A DNA stretch of 63,260 bases, filler included, from Stramenopiles sp. TOSAG23-3 (Eukaryota), in assembly GCA_900128585.1 (NCBI GenBank). It is 9 parts of 9 records of this genome, joined end to end, with 100 filler letters (N's around TTAATTAATTAA, not from the genome) between each part and the next. Parts side by side here need not be neighbours in the genome. Positions count along the whole stretch, not along the records: positions 17,230 to 25,711 come from LT643011.1; positions 25,812 to 34,292 come from LT643012.1; 7 more parts are not named here. One strand, 5' to 3'. Below are positions 21,039-31,427 of the stretch, in pieces. The number at the start of each line of letters is the position of its first letter. The first letter of the stretch is position 1. The notes below the pieces were generated by a model that was given only the letters and a program-made list of their open reading frames with translations, did not search any database and had not been told where the DNA came from. Position numbers and translations under genes: made by a program.

Positions 21039-22535
21039 ATGAATATGCTTTGGTGCAAACTTTATGACCTTCCAGAGCTGAGGCTTGTGGAAACTGCGGA
21101 AATGTTAAACGAATACTGGCCTAAACCTTTGAAATGGCGTCTGCGGTGGCTGGGGCAATCGTCTGCGTCCGAAATGTCGCCTACCTCGTACGTGCTTATT
21201 GATCAGAGTGCAGACTGCGTCGCTGCACACGCCCGCCTATCGTCGCCCACGGTTTCTATTGGGGGCGTGGAAGAATTAGAAAAAGTTTCAGTTGTGGCCA
21301 CCTCCATTTTTGTTAAAAAGTCCTACCGTAAAAAGGGCATTGGAACGCGTGTTTTAAAGTACTTGGAAGAAGAGGCGTTCGAGAAAGGATTTGGCCGAAT
21401 AATTTTATGGACAAAAGACGCGTGCAAGTTCTATTCGAACAATGGGTTTTTGGAGTGTCGGCCGCTGAAGGTTACTCCCGTCGTAATAAAAAAGAGGCTG
21501 TCCGGATTGCAGGTAGGGCTATTGGAGAAAATGCTACAGCTCAAAAATGCTGCGAGAGGCGGCGAAGTCGTCAATGCTGCCGTTGAATTTGACACTGGGA
21601 ACGGTGATAATGCATCCGATGTTTGGTTCAGTAAGAGGGTCAGGGAACATTTCCCTAATGTTTTGTTAGAAAAACGTTGCTTAGAAGCCACGATAACGAA
21701 ACAAGCAGGGCGGTCGAAGCTCGTGCCTGGGGAAGCGTACTTTTGCAAAATGATACACGTCCCGTTCGAAAAGCAGATAGGGCCGATGTGTGGCATTTCT
21801 TTGCTTCGATGTGCACAAAAGTACTTCAAAAAAGCAAAGGTTGAGGGCACATGCACTGCCGAAACATTTTTGAAGTCATTCCCTATCCCCCTTGGTAGCA
21901 CTGTATACAAATCAAGAATGGCTGGGGAAAGGAATCATTTGTCCATTCTCGGGGAAGCCACGTCGCAACGAATGACTTACGATGGTGAAATTTTTGATAT
22001 CCAGGCGCTAGCAAAGCTGGCTTCGGGGGATGCGTGTGGTTTAGATGCGATTGTATTTTCTCCATTCTCCCTGGGGCTCATAGTCCAGGCTATCGTTCAC
22101 GAAAACCCACTTTTTTTGTGCTACGACCGGGGGATTGCAGGGGAGGAAGAAGTGTCCCTTTGTGGAGGAAAACATGCACATTGGGGCATGGTCGTGGGTG
22201 CAATGTTCCCCGATAGTCCCAAAGCAGACGTTGAAGTATCGTACGCGTGGGAAAATGCTGATTTCTCAGACCTAAGGAAAAAGAAACTAATGGAAACGGC
22301 GGGGGACGACCTAATCCTTGTGTTGCAACACACCATGTCGAAAAAGCCCGTGGCTGTACCATTCAACCAACTGAAAAAGAGCAACCAACAGTTACACGAA
22401 TCATTCTTGGAGATTTTTTCAGAAAACCATGGACAACCAATTCATCCATCACACGCCTATAAATTAAATTGGGTTGGAACAAAAGCACCCAATTTAGAAA
22501 ATGCTGCCATGGTATGTTGTCGACCACCATACTAA
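21039..22535 (+). CDS. NAA80-ACTMAP: Fusion of an NAA80-like actin N-terminal acetyltransferase (GNAT) and an ACTMAP/C19orf54-like actin maturation protease
   Basis: N-half: AEMLNEYWPK...RLRWLGQS...AHARLS...YRKKGIG...LWTKD...FYSNNGF...VWFSKRV. C-half: QIGPMCG, TYDGEIF, LCYD, GKHAHWGMVVG, LKKSNQQL. Confidence 0.85.
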   Translation: MNMLWCKLYDLPELRLVETAEMLNEYWPKPLKWRLRWLGQSSASEMSPTSYVLIDQSADCVAAHARLSSPTVSIGGVEELEKVSVVATSIFVKKSYRKKGIGTRVLKYLEEEAFEKGFGRIILWTKDACKFYSNNGFLECRPLKVTPVVIKKRLSGLQVGLLEKMLQLKNAARGGEVVNAAVEFDTGNGDNASDVWFSKRVREHFPNVLLEKRCLEATITKQAGRSKLVPGEAYFCKMIHVPFEKQIGPMCGISLLRCAQKYFKKAKVEGTCTAETFLKSFPIPLGSTVYKSRMAGERNHLSILGEATSQRMTYDGEIFDIQALAKLASGDACGLDAIVFSPFSLGLIVQAIVHENPLFLCYDRGIAGEEEVSLCGGKHAHWGMVVGAMFPDSPKADVEVSYAWENADFSDLRKKKLMETAGDDLILVLQHTMSKKPVAVPFNQLKKSNQQLHESFLEIFSENHGQPIHPSHAYKLNWVGTKAPNLENAAMVCCRPPY

Positions 22536-23131
22536 AATGCTATAAATAAACAGAGAAACAGAGAAACAAACAAACAACATTTGTGGAAACATTTACCGGT
22601 TACCGCGCCGTGCCTATTTTGGCAGGTGGGCGCTTCTTCTTTCTGCTTTCGCGAATCTTCTTTTTTTTATGAATGATGTTTCACCACCATAGAAAATACT
22701 ATTAATATTAATAATAAATGAAGAACAAATACCTTAATTTTATAAAATAGCTTCTTTTTTTTTATATTTTACCTTTTATTATTCTATCTTCGTCTTCATC
22801 ATTTATTTTTAATTATTAATATAATATTAAGGGGGAAAAGTGGCGTTGTTGCGACGACGGACGGTGGGGAGGACTGAGAAAGAAAAAAGAAACGAAGAAG
22901 AAGAAAAAAAGAAGAAGAAGAAAAGAAGAAGAAAGAGAAGAAGAAAGAAAAAAAAGAAAATTATTATTAGGAGACTAGAATATATCGTCTATCCAGATAA
23001 AAGTATTCTTTGAAAAATATTATTAAAGTAGAAGATGGTGCAGAGGAAGTGAGAAGGACAGGGAAATGTTATAGATTAAATTTGAGATTTCTGAATGAAA
23101 CTACAAATTGATTGTTTGTGGTAAAACTGTG

Positions 23132-24238
23132 ATGGCTACGTTGGAAGACCTGAATGAATACAAGGAGCAACTTGCAGGGGTTCGGGAGCTGCTGGCAAAT
23201 GACCCTGATAATGAAGAGTATAAAATGCTAGAGGCAAACTGCTTGGAAGTTATACAGTTAACGGAATCGGTGCTCGAAACGTCGATTCCTGAGGAAAAGG
23301 AAAAGAAAGCCGATCTTGAGTCCGAGCCAAAAGAGGCTGTCGCTGTCGAGCCTGCCCCCAAGCCGTCGCAGTCGGCAGGCGGTGCCCTTGCGCGATCCCA
23401 GCAGGTCGTGCCGTCTGCTGTGCCGCGCGTCCCTGACGTTCCGAAAGCATTAGAACGAGAGAAGAAGGCACTGTACGCTCGTGATGAACGGTGCGAAGTA
23501 CGCAGAAGAAAGGGTGTTGCCAGCGTCTGGTACCCTGCAGCAGTGCTCTCTGTGAACGTCGAGGGCAACAGTTGCAATTTGAAATTTCCTGACGCGCCAA
23601 ACAAACTTGTGGAAAACATAAAATTTAGTGATATGCGAAAGCTTCGGGCGGTAAAAAAGGTCGCAGAGGTGGCGGGGCTGAAAAAGGGGACGATGGCAAA
23701 GGCGTTTTACTTGGAGGATGGGCTGTGGTACAACGCCATGGTCGTTGGAACAGCGTATGAAATGGGGGGTGGCGGTGCCTGGTATTATGTAAAATTTTTG
23801 GAGTATGGCAACACGGAGATCTTGCCGGTCGAGTACATCGATGCCAGCGATCCAACCGCATCGGGGGACGGATCCGAAATGCGTCGAAAGAAACGGGCCG
23901 CGGTCGCTGCCCTCTCGGAGCGACCTGTGGACGAGAGTGTGCTGGAGGTGATTCCGCCGTCGTTGGAACTGTTGCCCTCCGACACGCCGGAAGAGCGCGA
24001 AAGTAAACTGAAGCGGCGAAAGGCAATCAAATCGAAGAACAGGTTTTTGAAGAAAGACATCGAGTCGAACAAAAAGCAGGCATCGTGGCAGTCGTTCCAG
24101 TCGAAAATATCGAAAAAGCGGAAGGTTGCGTCGGAGGGGGGGAAGAGGAAGAGGACTGGCGGCGGGTGGTCTGGCCCGAGCGGGGGCGGACTTATGAGCC
24201 GCCTGAAGAAGAAGGGGAGCCTGTTCAAGCGGAAGTAG
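23132..24238 (+). CDS. SMNDC1: Survival of motor neuron-related splicing factor 30 (SPF30/SMNDC1), with two Tudor domains
   Basis: N-terminal LNEYKEQLAGVRELLANDPDNEEY. Tudor AFYLEDGLWYNAMV...VKFLEYGNTEI. C-terminal IPPSLELLPSDTPEERE...KKQASWQSF. Confidence 0.9.
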   Translation: MATLEDLNEYKEQLAGVRELLANDPDNEEYKMLEANCLEVIQLTESVLETSIPEEKEKKADLESEPKEAVAVEPAPKPSQSAGGALARSQQVVPSAVPRVPDVPKALEREKKALYARDERCEVRRRKGVASVWYPAAVLSVNVEGNSCNLKFPDAPNKLVENIKFSDMRKLRAVKKVAEVAGLKKGTMAKAFYLEDGLWYNAMVVGTAYEMGGGGAWYYVKFLEYGNTEILPVEYIDASDPTASGDGSEMRRKKRAAVAALSERPVDESVLEVIPPSLELLPSDTPEERESKLKRRKAIKSKNRFLKKDIESNKKQASWQSFQSKISKKRKVASEGGKRKRTGGGWSGPSGGGLMSRLKKKGSLFKRK

Positions 24239-24352
24239 GCTGAGGGGCTTAAGGAAATTAAACATTTAAGCAAGTTCTTTAAATTCTTACTCTACTTCGA
24301 AAACCTCTTCGTAAGTATACGAAGAAGAGATTTTTTATTCTCGCCCGCTCTT

Positions 24353-25507
24353 TCAGTAGCGTACCGCCGTCTTGATGGCCTCGAACACCTTCAACGTGTC
24401 CGGCAAGTACACCTTCTCGAACACCAACGGGAACGGGGTGTCGTACCCACAGACGCGCTGAACTGGGGCCTCAAGACTAAGGAAGCAGCGCTGTTGAATC
24501 TCAGCAGCGACCTCTGCGGCGAAACCCCCCGTGCGGGGGGCCTCGTGGCTCACCACGCACCGTCCGGTCTTCTTGACGGACTCCGCGATCGTGTGCGCGT
24601 CCCACGGGACGATGGTCCTCAGGTCGATCAGTTCGCACGAGACGCCCAACTGCTCCTTCGCCATGTCACAGGCTTTTTTCAGCACGTGCACCTGCGCGCC
24701 CCACCCTACGACGGTGACGTCGCTCCCAGCTTCTACTATTTCTGCCTTGCTAAGGGGCAGCATGTAATCCTCCACGGGCACGTCCTCGACGGCGGCACGG
24801 TACAGCGCCTTCGGCTCCAAAAACACGACCGGGTTCTGGTCGCGAATGGACGCCAACAAGAGCCCTTTTGCCTGGACGGGGGACCGGGGCATGACTACTC
24901 TTAGGCCGGGGGTGTGTGCAAAGTACGCCTCTGGCGACTGCGAGTGGTAGTGGCCGCCGTGGCCGACGGCGCCGTACGGGGAGCGAATCGTCAGCTTCCC
25001 GCAGTCGAATATGTTCCCACTTCGGTACCTATATTTAGCAGCCTCGTTGACGATCTGGTCGAACGCGGGGAAAATGTAGTCCGCGAACTGAATCTCTGCG
25101 ATTGCCGTGTGCCCCATGGTGGCGTACCCGATGCCAAACCCGGCTATTCCCTGCTCGCACAGCGGCGTGTTGAAGACACGGTGCTCCCCAAACTCTTCCT
25201 GCAAGTCTACCGTGCACCGAAATACTCCCCCGAACCCGACGTCCTCCCCGAATATGACCGCCATGTCGTCGGTCTTCAAGGCAATCCTCATTGCGTCGTT
25301 GAGCGCGGTGAAAAGGTTCATCCGTTCCTTCGGGCCCGACGGCAGAACGTCCGACGGCTCTGGCAAGGACTGCGAAAAGTCCACAGCGTCCGCGGACGCC
25401 GCCGAGGAGAACGACGCGGCGACCGCTACGGGCCGCGTGCAGTGCTTCGTGGCCGCAGCAACCAACGAGGTCCGGCCAAGAACCGTTCTTGCTGTTGACG
25501 TGAGCAT
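24353..25507 (-). CDS. BCKDHB: Mitochondrial 2-oxoisovalerate dehydrogenase E1 beta subunit
   Basis: [67 protein letters not shown]. Arg/Thr-rich transit peptide from ATG 25507. Confidence 0.97.
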   Translation of the reverse strand: MLTSTARTVLGRTSLVAAATKHCTRPVAVAASFSSAASADAVDFSQSLPEPSDVLPSGPKERMNLFTALNDAMRIALKTDDMAVIFGEDVGFGGVFRCTVDLQEEFGEHRVFNTPLCEQGIAGFGIGYATMGHTAIAEIQFADYIFPAFDQIVNEAAKYRYRSGNIFDCGKLTIRSPYGAVGHGGHYHSQSPEAYFAHTPGLRVVMPRSPVQAKGLLLASIRDQNPVVFLEPKALYRAAVEDVPVEDYMLPLSKAEIVEAGSDVTVVGWGAQVHVLKKACDMAKEQLGVSCELIDLRTIVPWDAHTIAESVKKTGRCVVSHEAPRTGGFAAEVAAEIQQRCFLSLEAPVQRVCGYDTPFPLVFEKVYLPDTLKVFEAIKTAVRY

Positions 25508-25813
25508 CTTTTTATTTCCTGTCTTTTCTTTCCTTAAAAATGAATGCAAGAACACACAAGAGACAGGGAAAAAACGGAACAAAATGGTATAGTATGTCTA
25601 CTTTGTTATTTAATTTCTTCAAGTTTCTACCGTGTTGCTTCGGTAGTACGAATTCTATATAAACCAAGAAGAAGGAAAGAGGTACGAACCATTTTTGGAA
25701 CCGCGGGTACTNNNNNNNNNNNNNNNNNNNNNNNNNNNNNNNNNNNNNNNNNNNNTTAATTAATTAANNNNNNNNNNNNNNNNNNNNNNNNNNNNNNNNN
25801 NNNNNNNNNNNAC

Positions 25814-28800
25814 AACAACGTTGCGGATCAAGTCGGTGACTGCATCGTTTGTGCAAAGGGTAAATTTCAAGACCAGCAAGGAAAGATCGAGTGCAAAGAG
25901 TGTCCTGCTGGACGATTCATACTGGAAGTAACAAATAATGCTACCAACCACGACGCATTAAACGACTGTGTCATGCCGGAGATTATCAGCGTTCACCCGA
26001 ACAACCATTCGACCAAAGGAGGAACTTTCACGGCATTCACTGGAAAAAACTTTGGAACTATAAGCTCTTCCGTAATAGAATTAACAACAAACGGCAACAA
26101 ATGGGCCAACGTGGCGTACGTAAACGACACGTGCATTACTGCAGTATCACCTGCCGGCGCAGGTTTTGGCCACCCAATAGTGATTGAAGTCAACGAAACG
26201 ACGCACCCTGGGTATTCATCAACCGCGGTGCTGTTCTCGTATCGTAGACCGAACATATCCCACGTAACACCACCTCCGTCTAATGGAGGCACACTACGGA
26301 TATACGGTACAGATTTTGGTCAGCTAAGTGATATTGACACTATCGTTGTGTTTGATGCAAACGGGTGCAATCAGGATTGCACTGGCCCAGAAATAATTGA
26401 TGGTGGGTTACAATGCCAGTACAATCAAGCTGGCATAAAGGGGGGTAATCGGACGATTGCAGTCACTGTTGCCGGGCAAACCAGCAATGTAGCGCAGTAT
26501 ACATATGACGTTAACAAAGGTGAAATCACCGGAGTTCCAGCAGGCGTTCGATCAGTGGCTGAAACACAGGACTTCGACTACAGCATCAGCTTAAGTATAC
26601 CCCCCGCCGAAATGGAACCACCGGCCGTGATGGTTATACATATTGAAGCATCTTCTTTAAACCCTGACTTCAACTGCACGGCAACACCCTCCAATATTAC
26701 CCTTCACGAGGACGACGATGGAACCCCACAGCCGGTGGTCATTAAAACAAGCGGTAATGCCATCGACGAGGGCACAGGGGCTGTAGCATTTACCTGCGAA
26801 GTTGTGCACACCTTGGGTGAAACCACTAACCTACAATACGCCGACTGCCCAGAACGAACAGTCACTATCAATGTGATAAACGACGACGAAGCCAACGTTC
26901 ACATGTGGACGATCTCAGACGTGGACGGTTCGTACGAGTATGACATCAAATTCCTGTCATTTTTTATCCCTGAGGGACAAAGTTTTCGGTACGGTGTCCG
27001 GCTGGACACAGAGCCGCTTTCACCGGTGCGTATTGAGCCGAACGTTTCACTTAGAAACAGTGGAAATATTCTATCACCACCGGTTCTATCCGTTGAGCCC
27101 AAGTACATCGTTTTTGGGGCATCAAATTGGAGCGTTCATCAGAGATTTATTTTTTCTAGCACCGCGGACGATGCGGACAACGACCTTCAGGTTTTTGAAG
27201 TTGTTCACGTTATACTCACGGACGACCCGGTATTTCTGGAAAAATCGACGCTACGAGAGATGAAAGTCGTTGTGAACGCAGCGGATGACGATACAGCAAA
27301 ACTCTTGGTTGAATTGGAAAAAATCTCGTTAAAAGAGGGGGGCAGCCCCGAAATGATCGTAATCAACGGCCTTTCCTCTAAGCCAGCCTATGATGTAAAC
27401 ATAATAATTGAAACTTCCGACGACTCGATACAAGCGAGCCCAAAGCTAACGGTGATTAAGAAAGAAGAATGGAACGATTTCACCCAAACGATCCGGTTAA
27501 CTGCCCTTACTGGGGCTTTACCAGCACCACGGACTGCTGTCATCCAATTTAAAACAAGGAGTCTTGAACCCAAGTACAATAGCAGCGCGACAGAATTGTC
27601 CATTAATGTAAATGTATTGCCGGCCAAGGTCCCCGGCCTGTCAGGGGTTCCCACGTTGGCAAATGTTAACGAAGGGGATGCATTTTCATACGAGATAAAA
27701 TTGTCGACAAAGCCTAGTTTACCGGTCAAGGTAGCAATAAGCTCTACGGGTACGTGCAATGTAGAGCCAACGTTCGATTTCGACATCGAAGATGATATTG
27801 CAAAGCAGGTGATTGTTACCATGAATGCTCGTACAATTGCAACCGCAAAGGATTCGGTAATTGGTTTGTGCAACGTCGTGCACCGAATTGAAAGCAGCGA
27901 TGATGAATATGCAACTATTCCGCCAGAAACACTGGCCATCGATATCATCAGCACGGGTTGCGGGATCGGCGAATATCGTGGTCCTTACAACCGTTCCAAT
28001 GGTACGGAATGCATCTGCGGTCCAAGGTACTACAAACCTCCGGCCGAGGATTGCTTACTGTGCCCCGAGAAAGGCCTCGTGTGCGACGACGCCGGGATCG
28101 AAACCCCTGCAGTCGCAAAAGATTATTGGAGGCACGACCCCACTTCCCCCGATTTCGGAGAATACCCACTGCACGAGTGCATTATTCCAGATTCTTGTGT
28201 TGGAGGAAGCTCGACGAAAGGAAGGTGTGCTGACGGGTACGACGATTCTGCTCCTATTTGCGCGGTCTGTGCCAAAGACTACGTATTTCAGCAAGGGCTT
28301 TGTACCCCTTGCGAAGGGTACATAGGCGGAGGCATTACATCTCCCAGTCCGCAAATGTTGGTGGCAGCCATTATGTGCCTCACTTTCAGCATGGTCCTCA
28401 CGTATTTTTACTTCACGTTACCAGCACTTACAACTGAGGAAGAAGACACCGTAAGGGTCAAGTTAAGCAAATTGGACATCGAGGACATGTTTGAGTACGG
28501 GGAAGAACTAAACATTAGAGTGTTCAGTACGCTAGTAGACAGTCTGCTAACAGACGACGAAATTTTGCATGTATTTCATGCGATCGACACAAGCAACAGT
28601 TCATCCATCACGAAGGATGAATTGATTGCCTACCTAAAAAACACAGGCCAAGACGGCGTTCATGACGAAGAAAAAAAAGCAAAGGATTCGGGCGAACGCA
28701 GCAAGCGAGGACTCTCTATTCTGGGCAGAACAATCATGAAAATAAAGATCCTGTTAACGTTCATTCAATGCATGAGCTTCTTACCTATAGTGTTTGACCT

Positions 28801-30130
28801 GTCTTTTCCTTATACAATGACCAAACTGATGAAAATTTTGGAGCTCTCCTCCCTGGACATCTATGTCTTTTTTGGAGAGGTTTCGTGTCATATGCAGACG
28901 ACGTTTGAGCAAAAGTTCCTTTTTCACATTCTTTTGATACCTGTACTATGTGTGTGCATTTGGTTGGTTTGGTGTATAGCAGTACTGCGTAGGAAGCATT
29001 TAAGCAAATACACGAAGCCAAGTTTTACTAAAGAGAGCATGGAAACACGCGCATACAACCTTGCATCGCTGCTTGCCTTTGCTCTGTATCCGGGATTATC
29101 TTCGAAAATATTCCGCGTTTTTAAATGCAGCGAAGTGCAGGGACGGTTCTATTTAGTGGCGGACTACAGCATTGAGTGCTTCGCGGGCAAATGGTGGACC
29201 TATGCGTTGATCGCCGTTCTTGGCATTCTTTTTTATGTAGTTGGGATTCCCACGGGGCAGTTCTACCCGCTATGGAAGAATCGGAAGAACCTCCACGAAA
29301 ATTCCGCGCTGGACCCACAGTCCCACCGGCTGGTAAAGAAACAATTCGGCTCGTTGTACGAGGATTACACAGACGATTGCTACTATTTTGAAATAGTAAA
29401 CATGGTTCGAAGATTGATACTGACAGGGGGCCTCATTCTTGTTGGCCAGGAGTCAGTAGTCCAAGCTCTGTTAGGCATACTCACTAGCGTAATTTGGCTC
29501 CTTTTGGTAACGGGAAAACTTCCGTACAAGGCATACTGGGACAACATGCTAGAGATATCTTTATCGTTTGGAATACTGATGTCTTTAATCTCTGGTTTTG
29601 CTCTGGAATTGTATAATTTAAAAAATGCGGATGGGTACGAACACGTCACGTTCGACATTTTGTTGGTCACGATGGTTATCCTGTGCATACTCGCCGGGGT
29701 ATTCGCTCTTGTTGTTTCACTCCCGTACTGTAGAGCTTACATGGTCGCTCACGTCATGAAAGGACGCGCCGAAACGAAACGACATTATCTGCACGGCTGG
29801 GTTAAGGACACCCTGCCGATAGTAAAGTATCTTTCGAACGAAGAAATGCGCCGTGTAATGAGATCTTGCCAGAAAAGGTTGAAGAAGAGATCGGGTGCAA
29901 AGTTTGAGCAATCCCAGAGGGATAGGAGGCTTTCAAAGATATTTCCGAAAGAATTGTACGGTGACGACGACGAAGAAGTGGAATCTCATTTTGCAGCCGT
30001 GCATGTAGAGAGCACAAGAACTCCTACAAGGCCTGCCAGGCCTGTCAGGCCTGTCGTTACCGGTTCGAATCGGAGGTTCCGTCGTGCCGTTCTGAGAGTA
30101 CAAGAAAGCAAGGGTCTCTTGTCGGCCTGA
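25814..30130 (+). CDS. Large cell-surface multi-pass protein (GCC2/3 Cys repeats, IPT/TIG, Ig/Calx-beta-like repeats, EF-hand, multi-TM C-terminus), 5'-truncated
   Basis: The frame is open from the linker (CIVCAKGKFQDQQGKIECKECPAGRF). IPT PEIISVHP...GKNFG. Repeated VxVxxxDDD ends. EF-hand FHAIDTSNSSSITKDEL. TM region with LVADYSIECF, FGSLYEDY, YYFEIVNMVRRLILTG. Confidence 0.85.
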   Translation, partial: NNVADQVGDCIVCAKGKFQDQQGKIECKECPAGRFILEVTNNATNHDALNDCVMPEIISVHPNNHSTKGGTFTAFTGKNFGTISSSVIELTTNGNKWANVAYVNDTCITAVSPAGAGFGHPIVIEVNETTHPGYSSTAVLFSYRRPNISHVTPPPSNGGTLRIYGTDFGQLSDIDTIVVFDANGCNQDCTGPEIIDGGLQCQYNQAGIKGGNRTIAVTVAGQTSNVAQYTYDVNKGEITGVPAGVRSVAETQDFDYSISLSIPPAEMEPPAVMVIHIEASSLNPDFNCTATPSNITLHEDDDGTPQPVVIKTSGNAIDEGTGAVAFTCEVVHTLGETTNLQYADCPERTVTINVINDDEANVHMWTISDVDGSYEYDIKFLSFFIPEGQSFRYGVRLDTEPLSPVRIEPNVSLRNSGNILSPPVLSVEPKYIVFGASNWSVHQRFIFSSTADDADNDLQVFEVVHVILTDDPVFLEKSTLREMKVVVNAADDDTAKLLVELEKISLKEGGSPEMIVINGLSSKPAYDVNIIIETSDDSIQASPKLTVIKKEEWNDFTQTIRLTALTGALPAPRTAVIQFKTRSLEPKYNSSATELSINVNVLPAKVPGLSGVPTLANVNEGDAFSYEIKLSTKPSLPVKVAISSTGTCNVEPTFDFDIEDDIAKQVIVTMNARTIATAKDSVIGLCNVVHRIESSDDEYATIPPETLAIDIISTGCGIGEYRGPYNRSNGTECICGPRYYKPPAEDCLLCPEKGLVCDDAGIETPAVAKDYWRHDPTSPDFGEYPLHECIIPDSCVGGSSTKGRCADGYDDSAPICAVCAKDYVFQQGLCTPCEGYIGGGITSPSPQMLVAAIMCLTFSMVLTYFYFTLPALTTEEEDTVRVKLSKLDIEDMFEYGEELNIRVFSTLVDSLLTDDEILHVFHAIDTSNSSSITKDELIAYLKNTGQDGVHDEEKKAKDSGERSKRGLSILGRTIMKIKILLTFIQCMSFLPIVFDLSFPYTMTKLMKILELSSLDIYVFFGEVSCHMQTTFEQKFLFHILLIPVLCVCIWLVWCIAVLRRKHLSKYTKPSFTKESMETRAYNLASLLAFALYPGLSSKIFRVFKCSEVQGRFYLVADYSIECFAGKWWTYALIAVLGILFYVVGIPTGQFYPLWKNRKNLHENSALDPQSHRLVKKQFGSLYEDYTDDCYYFEIVNMVRRLILTGGLILVGQESVVQALLGILTSVIWLLLVTGKLPYKAYWDNMLEISLSFGILMSLISGFALELYNLKNADGYEHVTFDILLVTMVILCILAGVFALVVSLPYCRAYMVAHVMKGRAETKRHYLHGWVKDTLPIVKYLSNEEMRRVMRSCQKRLKKRSGAKFEQSQRDRRLSKIFPKELYGDDDEEVESHFAAVHVESTRTPTRPARPVRPVVTGSNRRFRRAVLRVQESKGLLSA

Positions 30131-30674
30131 ACAAGTTTTTATACACACAGTACATATTTATATATTATAATATTTAAGACCCTATATAAAGTAAATAGAA
30201 TACCCTAATTATACTATATATAAAAATATTGTACCTATGTAATAAAACTGTTTTTCTATCTAGCGGTTACTCTGACTGTTTGTTCCCTCTTCTTCTCTTC
30301 TCTTTTTCTCCTTTGCTATTCAATGTAATTGACCAAGAAGTCCAGACGAAGGAATGACTGCTTAGGAAAGGGGGAGAGCTTTTATTAAGATCCTGATGAA
30401 GAGCCGAACCCATTTAGAGAATTAACAACAAGGCCACACCACCCCACCACCACAATAATAATATTATTTATTATTATTATTATTTAATAAATGAATTTTA
30501 TACCATCAACTAAACCAACAACTACTTGTTCAAGATTGTGGGTTGTAAACGATTCATACAACATAGCTACCTGAAAAGAAAATGGGAAACTTTACGAAAA
30601 GAACCAACTGGTTTGTAACTTAACGCAGCAACAGGTAAGGCAAATTTGAAGTAACACGAACCTTTGAAAGGAAA

Positions 30675-31427
30675 ATGTTCTTTAGTTGCGATGAAATAGC
30701 GGTTCGGCCGAAAAGGAAGGTGTTTGCACGTCCGAAAACGGACGTTGCGATGAGCTTAGAACACTCCAGCAACAGTCCGTCAGCAAACAGTGGGAGGAGG
30801 TCCTCCGTCAGGGTTAATTATAGCAAATACGAAGACAAAATTCACAGCGCCAAGAGTCACGAGGCCTTTGCCGTCCTGTCCAACAACAAAAAGGGAGACC
30901 CCGTGCTACGCCAGGAGATTAAAGCAAGCATGCCCCGCGCCAAAATTAGGAAGACCCCGCAGAAGGATATTTTGTACGACAAGACGGTCGCTGGAGGCCG
31001 CCCGTCACGGTTACTTCGAGGCGACGCCGATACGGCCTGGAGGCCATCGATGAAAAGGGTCCCGTACGGCGTAGATTATGGCCCGGAGACAGCAGGAAAA
31101 AAATCTGTAGACCAACCAAGCGACGAAATTGCCCGGGACGTCCCTGGGTCGGTAGGAAAAAAAATCAACAAACTGTCTCAGCTTGCCCGCGGTTGGGACG
31201 GTAGAAATGCCATAATAGACAACACCCACCCCCAGCCAAAGCCTTTAAAATTGAAGAAGCACTTCAACATGAAGTACACAGACAATCTTGGGGCGGACAT
31301 GATGGTATCGTCAGAGACGGCGAGCATTGCTTCCCCGTCTCCCCAGAGCAGACGGCTGAGTTCAAACGTAGAGTTTTTCGACAATGTCTCTCCCGCCAAC
31401 ACTAGACAGCGTCTCTTTGGGGTCTGA
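30675..31427 (+). CDS. Hypothetical basic low-complexity protein
   Basis: 250-aa ATG-initiated ORF in a GC-richer island flanked by AT-rich DNA. No recognised domain. Confidence 0.65.
   Translation: MFFSCDEIAVRPKRKVFARPKTDVAMSLEHSSNSPSANSGRRSSVRVNYSKYEDKIHSAKSHEAFAVLSNNKKGDPVLRQEIKASMPRAKIRKTPQKDILYDKTVAGGRPSRLLRGDADTAWRPSMKRVPYGVDYGPETAGKKSVDQPSDEIARDVPGSVGKKINKLSQLARGWDGRNAIIDNTHPQPKPLKLKKHFNMKYTDNLGADMMVSSETASIASPSPQSRRLSSNVEFFDNVSPANTRQRLFGV

Noticed and set aside
30058-30075. GGTTCGAATC T-loop-like motif
   Set aside because: It lies inside a CDS and no cloverleaf can be formed.
30390-30412. CTGATGA...GAA resembling a hammerhead ribozyme core or snoRNA box C (also at 48066)
   Set aside because: No stem II followed by GAAA, no flanking helices and no convincing box D or terminal stem.
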